A DNA stretch of 64,000 bases, taken from Strigamia acuminata (lineage: Eukaryota). The notes under the pieces are model-generated. The model saw only the letters and a program-made list of their open reading frames with translations, had not been told where the DNA came from and searched no databases. The position numbers and the translations under genes were made by a program. The stretch's first letter is position 1; every line of letters begins with the position of its first letter. Shown here piece after piece: positions 14,492 to 28,800 of this stretch. The stretch lies in assembly GCA_949358305.1 (NCBI GenBank), contig OX442314.1:15872001-15936000 (forward strand). The letters are read 5' to 3'.

Positions 14492-17400
14492 ATGGCCACG
14501 TGCCATAAGAATTGGTGAGTGTAAAATGTTTTGCCGGCGAATAAACGTTCGGCACTCAAAATAATTGCAATTTTCATTTTGAAAACATAATTTAACAAAA
14601 AAATATCGAATAGCTATTATTCATTTAATCGTGGCTAAAATGCGCAAAGAATGCCGAGCATTTCTGATGAAAAGAGAATGTTTATATTTCTTTCTTTGTA
14701 GGAAAATGTTTTTCACACTATTTGTTATTGCTGCGCTTTTTTCATCGGCTGCTAGCCTCGACCGTGGAAATTTTAAAACATGTTCACAAAGCTCGTTTTG
14801 CAAGTAACTATAAAAGGTGTTTTTTGTTTTAGATTTTTCAGTTTTAACCCTCGTCGTGATAATCATTTCAGGCGAAACCGTGATATGCAGCCCGGCCAAT
14901 CACCTTACGAGTTACAGATGAATTCAATAAAAATAAATCCGACGAACCTCGAAGGCCATTTGGTGCACAAAAAGAACGGAGTTACGTTTAAAATGCAAAT
15001 TTTCGCCTTAGTTGACAGCACTGTGAGGCTGAAAATAAACGAATTAGAACCAATGTACCCTCGATTTGAAGCTAAAGATGCTCTAGTTGGAGAACCAGAA
15101 GAACAGGCGTAATGACTCGCTTTGTACCGAATAAAATCTCGCAATTTCACTTTTATTTATAGTCTTACAGTTGAGAAGAAAGACGGAAACAGTATAACCT
15201 TAAAATTCGCAAACAACAGAATTGTAGTCACCGCGAAACCTCTACGAATTGATTTATACACGAACGATGAATTAGTTATCAGCACCAATCCACGGGGTTT
15301 AATGAAATTTGAGCATTACAGACCGAAGCCTGAAAAGTATGTGTTTAACTCGATTACCATCAATTTTAGATTCTTACAAATTTCTATACTAGGAAACCCG
15401 AAGATAATGAGGCCGGTCAAAATAATGAAGATGACGATTACGAGGAAGGCATGTGGGAGGAAACATTTAAAAGTCACACTGATAGCAAACCAAGAGGTGA
15501 TATTGATTAAACAAATTAATAAGAAAACGTTTATCGACACATTTGTTTACTGATTATTTACTAAGGCCCTTCATCGGTTGGTATGGATTTTTCATTCGTT
15601 GGATTTGAAGCGATATACGGAATCCCGGAACATGCAGATTTTCTAGCATTAAGAAACACGAAGTAATTTTTTAAATTGCTATTTGACACGTGATTATTAA
15701 CACAAATTGTATTTCAGAGGCATAGATCCGTATCGATTGTTTAATGTCGACGTTTTTGAATATGAAGTTGACAATAATTTGGCTTTATACGTCTCAATTC
15801 CCTTTGCTATTGCTCACAGGTAAAAATTGTTTGTTTAATAAGAAATCTAAGGTAAAATATATTATTTTTTGTACAGTAAATCAAGCACCGTTGGATTATT
15901 TTGGTTAAATGCTGCAGAAACTTGGGTTGATGTTGATTATGTATCTGAACAGGTATTAAGCAATGCAATGAATCACTGCATGCTAGTGTTGGATGACTTA
16001 TACGCTTACTTTTTTTTATTTTTTCGAAAATTAATGATTAATCGGAAGAAAATTAACGTGAAACCTCAGATTAACTGTTATTATTTTTCGTTATGTTTAT
16101 TTGAATTAACATCCTCCATTTATGTTTGTGGTTCTTGTGTAGCAGTCTGTTTTGTTTTATTAACAGCAAAATGTTATGTTGAGCCTTGTTGACTTTGTGA
16201 AGGGTCAAACGAAGATTGCTCAGACGGACACGCATTGGTTCTCTGAAAGCGGCATTGTTGATGTGTTTTTCGTGCTCGGTCCACAACCAGCCGATGTTTT
16301 CAAGCAATATTCAAGATTAACAGGAGTCACTCAATTACCTCCAGTAAGATTACAAATAATATAATCGATGCAATTATAATCTCCCGATTCTTTTACATTA
16401 GTTGTTTTCTTTGGCTTATCACCACTCTCGATGGAACTTCAATGACGAAGAGGACGTCAGAAATGTTGATTCCAAGTTTGATGACAGTGATATTCCGTTC
16501 GATGTCTTGTGGCTGGATATTGAACACACCGATGGCAAAAGGTTAAACTATTTATTCGCAATCCCACGGATCATTAAATAGAATTATTTTTCAGATATTT
16601 TACGTGGGATAAAATGAAATTCGCTCACCCATCCGCGATGGTTGCAAATTTGACTGCTAAAGGACGGAAATTGGTCCTCATTATCGACCCTCACATCAAA
16701 AGAGCTCACGGGTACATTATTCACGAAGAGGCTACGTCGAAAGGCTATTACATCAAGAATAAAGATGGCCACGATTACGAAGGTGGATATTTTAGTGTTT
16801 AGCCAAATTTTATTTAGTTATTTGTTTATTTTGTTGTTAGGATGGTGCTGGCCCGGATCTTCTAGTTGGTTGGACTTTTTTAATCCCGAAGTACGGGAAT
16901 ATTGGATGTCGAAGCTTGCGCTAGATCAATATGAAGGCACATCACTATCCGTATTTGTTTGGAATGACATGAACGAGCCTGCAGTGTTTAGTGGCCCCGA
17001 AGTGACCATGCCAAAAGATAATAAATTTTATGGTGATTTTGAACACCGAGATGTTCATAATATGTATGGCATGATGCTTGTTAGTATACAATTTCTTAAA
17101 ATTTTAGTATAAAGGAAGTTTTTTCGTGATCTAATGATGCTTGAGCTTGAGAAATTATTTTATCGCAACATTTCGTGAGGAAAAAACGCCTTGTTTAACC
17201 TCTAGTTGTTAATTACGGATGGATATTAAATTAAAGTTATATACTTTCAGGCTATGTCCAGTTTTGGAGGTCTAGTAAAACGTTCAGGTGGAAAACATCG
17301 GCCGTTTGTACTTTCAAGAGCGGGGTTCGCTGGATCGCAACGTTATGGTATAATTTTAACGTTTATTTTTTTTGTTTGTTTATTTGTAATTATTATTTTT

Positions 17401-18820
17401 TTCAGGCGCTATTTGGACCGGTGATAATATGGCTGAATGGAGTCATTTGCGTCACACAACGCCTATGTTGCTTTCAATGAGCATCGCTGGTGTAAGCTTT
17501 ATTGGTTCGGACGTGGCTGGATTTTTTCGAAATCCCAGCCCCGAGTTGCTCGTTAGATATTACCAAGTATGTTTATTAAGATGTTGATGAATTACAGTGG
17601 CATTTATTGACTAATTTGTTATTTCAGGCTGGTGCGTTTCATCCATTTTTCCGTGCGCATTCTCACATTGACACAGCGCGTCGTGAGCCTTGGTTGTTTG
17701 ACGAAGAAACGCGTCTTTTGATACGAGATGCTGTTCGACGTCGTTATGGTTTCCTGCCATTTTGGTACACGTTATTTTATGAAAACGAGAAAACTGGAAT
17801 GCCAGTAATGAGACCAATGTGGGTTGAATTTCCAAACGATTCGAAGACTTTCAGAATGGACGACCAGTTTATGATCGGTAAAACAATTTCATATTTTAAA
17901 TAGTTATGTCATTTTGTTTTTGTTTGTTTTACAGGAAATGCACTTCTTGTTCGGCCGGTCGTAGAATCTGGAGTTACCAAAGTGGACGTTTATTTCCCCG
18001 AATCAGAAGTAAGAGTAGTTCGTTTGAATGTTTACGAAATTAATTGCTTGTATTTATTTAAATAGGTTTGGTACGATGCTGAAATGTACGATAAATACGA
18101 TAGCCCAGGTTATAATTCAATACCCGTTACCCTAAGCAAAGTTTGTAGTGAAGTTTTAAAAAAAAAGTGAAGAAAATCTTGAATTAAATTTCCGTTTCAG
18201 ATTCCTTTTTTCCAAAAAGGTGGCACAATTATACCAAGAAAAAATAGGATTCGCAGATCATCATCTTTGGCTCAGGAGGATCCATATTCGTTGACTGTTG
18301 CTTTGGACAAAACTGTTAGACAACTATTTTCTTTCCTTTTTGCTATGGCTAATGTTTATTCAAACAGGGTACACTCGCTAATGGAACATTGTACATAGAT
18401 GATGGATTTTCATACGACTATAAGGAGGGCGCTTTTATATTTTTGTCTATTACTTTTAATAACGGCGAATTAAAATCAAGGTTTGCTTTAGATTGTTCTT
18501 TTAAGTGGTAACTGGTAATTTGTAATTTAAATTTTATTTTTAGAAATTTAAATTTGAAGAAAATATTTAGGACGAGATCGTGGCTCGAACGTTTAGTAAT
18601 TTTGGGGTTGCAAACGAAACCAAATGCCGTAGTATTAGAAAGTAAAAGTAAGGAATAAAAAACTAAGAAATTGATGCAATAATTCGTAATAAAAATTCAT
18701 CCTTTTTTAGCTGTAGGTAGCAAGAAATTGGAATTTGTTTACGTGGATCAGAAACAAATTTTAGTAGTAAGAAAACCAACAGTAAACATGGGCGAAGACT
18801 GGATTCTGAAAATTAAATGA
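14492..18820 (+). CDS. GANAB: Neutral alpha-glucosidase AB (glucosidase II alpha, GH31), many short exons
   Basis: Signal peptide then [20 protein letters not shown], catalytic WNDMNEP, WTGDN, FFRAHSH; stop TGA 18818-18820. An in-frame upstream ATG at 14474 is also possible. Confidence 0.95.
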
Positions 18821-19227
18821 AATGTTAGTTTCTTTTTTAAAAATCACCTTTCCTGATTCAGAGCAAGTCAAAAAGAGATTGGGTGATGGCTGAAAGTCAC
18901 AATTGCCACTTAACAGTTAAAAAATTTAAGATGTAAAATTATTTTAGATACATTTCTTCATTGGTTGTATTATAATTTCAGCCACCTAACTTTTTTTTAA
19001 GAATACGTTTGCATTGAATCTTTTGATCAATGCTTTGGAATTGAGAATTGTTATCGAATTGAAAATTGTTCTATTAAAACTTAAATGCAAAATCACCTAA
19101 TTATTAACTTGATAATGCACTTGCGTGAGAAATGTAATTCGTTGTATTTTTGTTCAAACGTGATCACAAACAAATACACTTGATAATTAATTTTTAATCA
19201 AAATCACCAGAAAATCTTTTCCAATTA

Positions 19228-20309
19228 TCAGACATTACGAATCATTTCGGTTATTTTAGAGTTCTCGAATTGATAATATTCTGATAATCGTGATAACCAC
19301 GACGCCCATGCGTGATGACATGTTTTATGGTCCATTTCGTGAACGTGACAAGTTTTCCCATCAGGATATGAAATGACAATGATGCCGTTATCAATTTGAA
19401 GTGAATCAGGATTGAAATTCCACGCTCCTAAATACGCAGCCAATTGAACGGGGTTGTCGTATGTATGTTTCAACGTGGGTTTTGGTTTTTGAGACGTTTT
19501 CCATTCGATTAGCACAGTTTTGTCTCTGAAATTAAAGCGATAAAATTTCACGTATCTACACTTTGCGATGTTCTCTTACTGGAACTTTGCTATGCAATCT
19601 ACAACTCCTACATAATTTAAATACGGATGAGTTAGTTTCATTTCCAATGCCAACACGTCGGTTATTTTAGGGAGAAGTGGCGATATGGATTTCCAATGTC
19701 CTTCAACACTTTTCTCGATGTTTAATTGCGATTCGGGAATCCCGTTTAAGAAATCGTGGATGTTTTTGTGGAATTTGTGTCCAGTTGCAAACGTTTCTGA
19801 AAGTAATAAATTGAATTGTCAACTTTGAATAGCAACTTTTATTTTATTTAATCACCTTTAGTGTATTCTGCAAAACCAACTTTTCCCAGTTTTTTTATCA
19901 TTTCAATCCGCCATTTGTCGAGTATAGCCGCGTTTTCGTCTGACATTGTTTTCTGTAGTATTGTTGTTACACTAGGTACTTTAGTATTTCTATCGTAATT
20001 GGATAAGATTCCTTTTGCTAAACTGTTTAAATCTTGAAGGTTATCTCGGTCAACCGCTAATGGGAAGAATGGGGGTTTTGTAGATGGTATTGTTAGTGAA
20101 TTCCGATTGCTGTTAGTGTTGGATGTAATTGTTTTACTCGATCCATCATCGACGCTGTCAATTGCAGTCAGCAATGGTCCACAATTTTCTTTGTCCAAAG
20201 TGGATTTCTTCTGAGTTTTCGTTATTTTACTACTGGCAGTTTTCGAGCTAGCATTTCTGCTATACAATTTAACCACAACAAACCGCGGAATCCTATTAGC
20301 CATAGCCAT
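19228..20309 (-). CDS. MGME1: Mitochondrial genome maintenance exonuclease 1 (PD-(D/E)XK family), 3 exons
   Basis: VPSVTTILQKTM, GHKFH, GVVDCIA, IEWKTS, YDNPVQLAAYLGA, WLSRL. Confidence 0.92.
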
Positions 20310-20546
20310 GCTAAGTTAAATTTGGTTGTTTCGCTGGACCAGCAAGGTGCACCGAGGGTCCAGAGAAGCAGACACTTATTTGCTACGTCGTGCTCTCTAG
20401 TGTCAAATTTCTCAATTACAACTGCTACTAGAATTTGGGCAGCAAATCGTAATTCCAATTTCTGCCCTTCGCTGTTACATTTTAATGTACTTACGATACC
20501 AACAAAAATAGAGATTATAAAGACAATTAATTTTATAATATATATT

Positions 20547-21875
20547 TTATTTATAAGAGAAATTAATATAATTAGCTAATGGCAACTCGCACCGGATTTC
20601 CCAATAAAGTTTTAGCCTTTCTAGCCACAGGTTCCAGTAAGCTAACATTACATCATTTTCAATATTTAATACAAATGCGAGTGATTTATCCGAACTTGGA
20701 ATAATTAATAATATTTCTGTAATCTATAAAAAAATATATAAAAAAAAATTAAATTAGCATAATTGATGTTTATTCAACACTATTACTTCAAATGAATTTG
20801 CTGGATCTGCATTTAATGCTCCTGCGTAAGCTGCTGCTCTAAGTGGTGCATCTTTCAAGTTTCTCACAATTGATGAATCATTGTACGGCAGTAACAATTC
20901 AATCAGCACCAAATGATTCCTAAACAAAAACCAATTACAACTTTAATTCTCGATTCACATTCCATTACTTACTGCCAAATGGCGATACAATCCGCAAGAC
21001 CAGAATAACGTAAATGAGGATGAATTACTTGCTGATTTACATTTACATCAGAAAGAGAATATAAAAAGGGCAACATTGAATTCCAATATGGAGTTACGTT
21101 TTCAGGAAGCCGGATATCTTTTTTCAACGGACAGAAAAACAACTTCATGTATTTTCTTATGGCTACTTCAATCTGGTATAAATCTAAAAGAAAATCTTAA
21201 ACTATTATTCATCTGATCCCGACTGTGGAACTTAGTATTACCGTTCTTGTGTTTGTTAAAAGAATGCCAATTGCACTGGCTGATAGTAGACAAAACTGTT
21301 TCTCTTTCTTCCTTTACATCGTCAGCAGACATCGTTTTCCGTAGTATACTGCTAACTGTTGGCAAGTTTTCAATTTGTAAATCACACTCTGTGCCTTTTT
21401 GCAAAAGGTCAGTCGATCTGGTTTTCAGGTACTGCTCGTTGATAAAAGGATCGGTGGAATTAGCAGAAAACGGATATAGAATCGGTGTATTCGTTGCGAG
21501 ATTTTTGTTCAGTTCGTTAAATATTTGTGCGGGATCAACCGCCCAGTTGGATAAGTTTACTGTCGTTGCATTTCTCGCGTCGCCGAGTTTCACAACAGGA
21601 ATTGGCTGGTCCTTGTATCGGAAGGCAGCCACTTTGTTTTCACTCAACACATTCTTTCCGTCCCTGCGTAAAACTGGTCCAAATAAATACAAGTTTTCCC
21701 AGTTATATCGTTTGATGGCAGCTCCGACTTCAGGATTATTTTTCCGTCTTACCGCGGAAAGCACTTGAAACCGTGACTTTCTTTCCGTGTATGCAAATCT
21801 GCAGCAGTTGACTTGTGACAATCGTTTTACGAGGAGGCTGCTTTCAAATATTTTTTTCATTTTGGGCGCCGCCAT
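20547..21875 (-). CDS. MGME1-like paralogue with degenerate active site, 4 exons, open frame
   Basis: LPTVSSILRKTMS; HPHLRYSGLADCIA; IELLLP in place of IEWKTS; DAPLRAAAYAGALN; YWNLWLERL; stop 20547-20549. Confidence 0.85.
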
Positions 21876-22512
21876 TATGTCAAAAAAATAAAAAGGCAAA
21901 GTCCATCACTTACAAAACAAATGATCAGTGGCGCCATCGGTGGTTGCCATTCAAAATCATGAAAGATGTCAAATTTTAGAAACATTATTTTATTATTGTT
22001 TTGATTCGACTGATTTCTGCTTCCAACGGTGTATCCGTATAAATATAAAAAATTAATTAACTTTCGTCTGCTGAATTGAGTTGATAGTTCTCATCGCCAA
22101 CACTAGGAAATTTATTCCAGCTTCGGCTAGTACCTCTTCTGTTCCCTATTTTTTTTATATTTTTTCTTAAAAACCTTGTTCCCATCTTTAAAAATTAAAT
22201 TTAGCTTACTCCCAAAAAACTCCTGAACAAAGGATAAATATTGCGAAATATTTATTTATTTGTTTAGCAACAGAAATGAAGTCACCAATCATACGATTAA
22301 CATCGTCCAATAGGAGACCACTTTAAGTTTGTCACATGCTTGTTTTGTTGATGATGATAATCTAACAATCGAGAGTTATTACCTCCAAATAATCCGATTG
22401 TTGATACCAGTGCCTTTAATAGAGATACGTAAACATTGCTCGTTCGAAACTACCGATGAAAGCCAGTTGATGGACACAACTCTCTGCAAAAATCGCTTCA
22501 ATATTGCTCGCT

Positions 22513-24725
22513 ATGAATATTTTAAATTCACTTTTGATTTTGAGCATTGCTTTTGCTCACTCGGCCTTCTCTCTTGATATTATTCATTATCAACCCGAAC
22601 AAATACACATATCTTACGGTGGTAAGTAAACATTGATTGTGTAAATGTGTTGTACTCATGAGTTTTCTAATTTATTTTCATTTTTTATTTTATAATTTAT
22701 CAGACGATGCAACTCAAATGGTAATTACATGGTCGACAATTGATTCAACCAACGAGTCGATTGTCGAATATGGCGACGAATTAGAAAATTCGGCCACGGG
22801 ATTCAGCACGAAATTCACCGATACTGGGCTCGAGCATCGGTCGCAGTACATACACAGGGTGAAATTATTTAACTTGGATCCAGAAACGAAATACAGTTGA
22901 GTTCACATAAAAATTTGGTAGAAAAAATGTTTTTTGCATTAAAAAAATTGGAATTTTGTAGTACAAAAATATTGCATAACATAACATTAATTCTTATCAC
23001 AAATTATCCTATATTGATAGAGATCTCTTGCCTCGTGTCTATTGGTATTTTTTTTTTGCTTTCAGTGTACCACTGCGGGAGTAAATACGGATGGAGTTCA
23101 TTGTATTATTTCGTTACATCTCCGACTGGCTTCAATTGGAGTCCTCGTGTAGCCTTATTCGGTGATATGGGAAACGAAAATGCACAATCATTACCTCGAT
23201 TACAGCAAGAAGTAGAGAAAGGAATGTACGACGCTATTTTGCACGTTGGTGAGATTTATAGTCAAAACTTTCTTTACGATTTTTATATATATTTTAATTT
23301 TACTGTTTCAATTATGAAGGTGATTTTGCATACAACATGGAGGATGTAAGAACATTTTAAAACATAATTTTTTTAATTTATTAATCTTTAACGGTTTTAT
23401 TAGAACAATGCCAGAGTGGGAGATGAATTTATGAGGCAGATTGAACCAATTGCAACGTTAGTTCCTTATATGGCGTGCGTAGGCAATCATGAAAAGGATC
23501 AGTATGTGTTGACAAAAACGAGAAAATTCATTTTAAGTGTCTAATAATTTTTTTTAAAAATTTATACAGCAATTTTACGAATTATAAGAACAGATTTTCA
23601 ATGCCGGGATCCGAAAACAACTTAATATACAGTTTTAACATGGGGCCAGTTCATTTTATTGCCATTTCAACGGAGTTTTATTATTTTCTCCAGTATGGAT
23701 TCAAGCAAGTTGTCAAGCAATTTAATTGGTTGAAAAGTGATTTGGAGGTCGTATATAATTAGTAATACATCGACTAATCTATGCTATAATGTACGATTAT
23801 TTTTCTAATTATAATCAGAAAGCGAATCTCCCAGAAAACAGAAAAAATCAACCGTGGATTGTAACATTTGGCCATCGTCCAATGTATTGTTCCAACAATG
23901 ATCACGATGATTGCACTAATCACGAAACATGGGTAATCAATCTGAATTATCGTTATTTTTTTTTATTTATTTATTTACTTATTTTTTTATTTTATAAAAA
24001 TTTTGTTTTTAGGTACGCGTTGGTGTTCCTGTTTTCCATTGGTTTGGTTTAGAAAAATTATTTTATGATACTGGAGTTGACTTGGAATTTTGGGCGCATG
24101 AACATTCCTACGAGCGACTTTGGCCTATTTACAACAGAAAAGTAGATAATCCGAAGTTCAGCGATTAGATGCCGCGATGGGGTTTTATTGATGAGGCATT
24201 AACTCGAGGACAAAGACAAATTCAATATTACTATATAAGAAACTTACAACATTTTTTTCAAACTGCGGCATTTAATCGCGAAATTTTACTTAAGAATAAA
24301 TTAATAACTATAGTTTTGTTCGTAACTGTAACTAGGTTTACAATGGCAGCTTGACTCAACCATACACGAATCCGGGTGCACCAGTTCACATTATAACTGG
24401 ATCTGCGGTAAGATTTTGAGATTGAAATATTATGAGAGTCCGATTTCGAATATCTGTTAATTTATTTAGGGCTGTAGTGAAAAGCACGATCCATTTAAAG
24501 GAAATGTTCCTGATTGGTCTGCATTTCGCAGTACCGACTACGGGTATACGAGAATGCAAGTTTTTAATTCTTCTCATTTATATTTAGAACAAGTTTCTGA
24601 TGACAAGGTAAGTTGAACAGAATGAATTTTTAAAATAAAATTAATTTTTCTTCTTCTTTTTAAAGGCTGGACAAATTATTGATAAAATTTGGGTCATAAA
24701 AGATAAACATGGTCCTTATGTTTAA
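22513..24725 (+). CDS. ACP7: Purple acid phosphatase (acid phosphatase type 7)
   Basis: Signal peptide, [41 protein letters not shown]. Confidence 0.93.
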
Positions 24726-25859
24726 TATTAAAATTTATCACGTATACAATTTTTATTTTGTTACTCACAAGTCGGTGTGCTTTTAACTTTTAACATGTTA
24801 TTTTAAGAAAAGAAAGTATAATAAAAATAATAGTGTGAGCAACAGATTGTAGAATAAGACATGGTAGAAGCTAATACATTGGCTGCTTGTTTTAAAAGAA
24901 AATGCTTTTCTAAATTCTGTTGCACGCTATTCATTAAATCGTTCGTTTGTGAATACATTATTACCTACACAATTTATTTATATATGGCGCCTGGAGAGCA
25001 TCAAGTTACGGCGTAACTAAAGGGTGCAACTAATGACATCTGGTGTTAAGAAGTCGAAACTGGTGCTTATCCGCGTTGCTTTTTCAGACAGAGGTGAGGC
25101 AATTTACCTGTATACGATGTTACATTACATGGAGTTGTGAAGTGAAGCAAGTTATGCGAGGGCTGCTATTAGCATGAGTTAGCTTCAAACATTTTTAATA
25201 TTGTCAATACTCAACGACATGAGAATATTTTGAAAATTGCTGATGAAATTAGGTAAGAGTCATTGCCGAAACACCGTAGCTAAGTCGTATTAATGGCATG
25301 AGAAAATGGTCAATTGCACTCTGCCAAATTGGAATTCAATTCTTATTGTTTCACTTTATGAACTACAAACACCGGGGTTTTGCGTCCGATTCTAGTTTAC
25401 TCATCATCCGCATCCTCTTGGATATTAGTGTCAGTGAACCCACTTTATTAACCGACTTATTAGTAGACAGCATTTAAAAGGAAAATAGTATGTTGATCTA
25501 AAAACAATTCTTCTCTCAAAGAGATTTTTGCTGGTGGGGTGAAAAAGGCATTTACTGCACATTGCACACATCCCCTTTACTTGTGACTCATCATATCTCG
25601 AAGGGAATTTCCGATAAATCATGGCACTGGTTTTAAGAGATGGTTTATAGTTTTAAATATTAGTAGTGAATTTTAATTATTGTAACACGAAAGTGTGGTT
25701 GTATCGACGGATTTATACGCTGCGTGGTTTTATTTCTTTCATTTCAATTTATTATATTTTTAATTACCGGAAATTAAATTTTAACTCATTAATTGCAGAC
25801 ACTCTTGGATGAGTGGTTGTCTTTCAATTTCAACAGAAGATAACGGACTTTAATTTGCA

Positions 25860-28800
25860 ATGGCTCAAGGTAATTACAATTATTATTGCAAAATTATAAA
25901 TTTTATTATTTTTGTATTTTTGTATTTTTATGTACGTAGGGCGTATTAAAGGAATTCAAGAAGTAGTTTTTGATGAGCTTTGTGGTAAGCTAAAAATTGC
26001 ACGTTAAAATGAACATTTGTATTTCAAAAATATTTTTTCAGACAACAAGATGAAAGAATCTTTCCCGATTATAAGGTCAAGCTCGATTTGCTGCAGCTAC
26101 AGAACGAAACAACAAATTATTACGGGTAAGAACTTTGACATCAAATTTTCAATCTAAACTCTCGAATCTAATGAAATTAAATGATAGTAGGCATATTCAT
26201 TTAGTCATTTTAGCGATAGTGTTTAAGAAACTTAAAGTGCCTTTAAAATTTATGCGGACACTAAAATAATGAAACACGATTTTGATTATTTTGAGAAGAC
26301 TGTGTCTGTAATAATAGTCGTGTAATATAATATCAATCAATTTATAGATACTCTTTCAGTTGTGATTGTGATTAAAGCTTCAAAAATTATTTGAATTTGA
26401 ATTATTTTAGTGTTCGGATAAGATTTAAAGGTGCACAATCGCACACACAGTAGCTACATTTAAAAATTCGTGTTTTAATTGTTTTAGATTTTGTGTTTTT
26501 GTTTTTCAATTTTTTAACATCGCAAATCAAAAACACTAGGTGCATTCCAAAACGTAGTGTTAGGCGTTTTAGGCGTTTCCGTTCCGTGTCGTTTTATGGT
26601 CGTTTTAGGCCTGTTTAGGAACGTCAAAACGAAAAATTTTTTTGCTCTCGTTTTAGCAATTTCGTGTTATGAAATATTTATAAAATATTTAAAAATCTTT
26701 ATGAAATGTTCAAATTCTGACTAATTTTATTTATTTGTGGACCGCAAATGACAATGTTTATAACAGCCGACTAATTCACATCAACAATCGCGCCAAAATC
26801 TACGCACCATCGATGGCAACCCTAACACACAAATCGTGTCTGCTAAAACGTGTTTTCATACACGTTTTCGTTTCAGCCGTGTTAGCGCCACAGACACGGA
26901 ATTTTTCCGGATGTGACGTCATACCTTATAACACGACACGGCTGAAACGGCTGAAACGGGAGTTTTGGAATGCACCTACTAACACCTAAAACTCTTGAAA
27001 AACGACTTTTTGAATGCAGTTGGTAATTTCTGTTAGCTAGCGATAACTCTGGTAATTTCTTTGTAGAGTCGCAAAATTTGAAGCAAACATTAAAAACCAT
27101 CTACCAAAATGTGAAATTGCCGAGAGTTTATTGGCTGGATAAAGGCAGTCCACTGACTACAAAGCAACATTTCATACCACTCAAGCTAGTAGACATTGAA
27201 ACTGAGCAAACTGTTGACAGCAGTTTTCTAATAGGCAAACGTACACTACTCAATTCACAACCAAATTGTGGGAAAACAGTTCTAGCTTGGCGACTCATGC
27301 ATGACTGGGCAGTGGAGAGTGAATACATGAGATCCCTTCAATTGGCTTTCGTTCTGCCTTTGCATCTGCTTAAGTGTAAGCAGTTTACGGACTTAGCAAG
27401 TGCCATTTCAAACTACTACTGCTTTGAAAATCCCAAACAGTTGAAAGCAATTCTAAAACAGAATCCAAGATCGTTATTTGTGCTAGACGGGCTGGATAAA
27501 TTAGGAGAAGAAGAAATCAGCATCTTGTTCGAGTTTTTACTTAAGCCTAAATACGCAGACGCGACAGTCGTCGTTACGTGTAGGACGAATATGAGCCAAC
27601 TTTCCGAGCAAGCGATATCAAAACATTTCGACAATCAAATTCGAATATGTGGAATGGATGTTAAAGATAGAAAGCAATTTATTTCCAAGTTTATTTCCCA
27701 AACGGACAGTAAGAGAGTCGTTAATCACATAGAACTTCTAATAAGACCAATGTCGGATTTGTTCAGTTTGCCGATTTGTGTTTTGAGTTTAGTGAACCAA
27801 ATCAGTCGGAGCCAGCATCTAGCTGCGTTCTCAACTTGGACAAGAACAGACATTCTCAAATCCTTGATCAATTACTTGTGCAGAATGTATCTTCTCGAAG
27901 AAGGAATCACTTTAAGCGAAAGCTTTAACGTGTTCAACAGGAACGACACAATGGCAGCCAAGTTTCGCGACAATTGCGTGCAGTTGGGTAATGTTTGCGT
28001 TGAAAATATATTGAATAAGAAGGAACAATTTAAAGAAAATGCACTAACTAAACAGATTTATAAATACGGTTTAATGAGTTACATTAAAGAGATTGATAAC
28101 GGGTATTTTGTATTTCCACATTCGCCCATGTCGGAGTTAATGGCGGCGGTTTATTTCTGGAACGAGATTCACGCGAACGATTTCAGTTTTACCGAATTAA
28201 ATATTGGCCTGATGAATCAAATGGTAGTTAAGTTTGGAAGGACAACTTTTGTACTTCCATTTCTCGTTGGTTTGCTTAAAGAAAAAGCCGTAGTTTTGTT
28301 CGAACAAATGCATCCGTTCGCCCATTTGTTTTCTTCTCAGGAACTTCTGCTGTGGCGTATGCTAGCGGAGCATAAATCTAATTACGACTTGATCAAAGTC
28401 GTCGACTTTTTGCCGGTGAATGTGCACAGAGATGTGGACGAAGATTTATCAATGTTTTACGCCAGCTCGAGGCACGCCAAATTGGTTAGTGCGGGCATAG
28501 AGAACGGTCGAGTCAAGGGTTTGTTCGTTAAATCCGAATTAACGTTCAATTTACCCGAAGATACCGTTATTCCTGAACTGTATGTTGATAGCAATTTTGA
28601 CTCTAGTTCAGACCCGCTTTACCCTTTGGTTGAAATTCTATCAAAGTGTATGCTTAAGCTTTCCAAGTTAAAATTACTCGAAATTTCAGAGTCACGTGAA
28701 GTGCTTGAATCCAAAATGGAAGCTGTGTTGCCTAATCTGACGAGTTCCTTAACTGAAATTAAAAATCAGCTATTAAATACAAACAGGGATTTAGATACAG

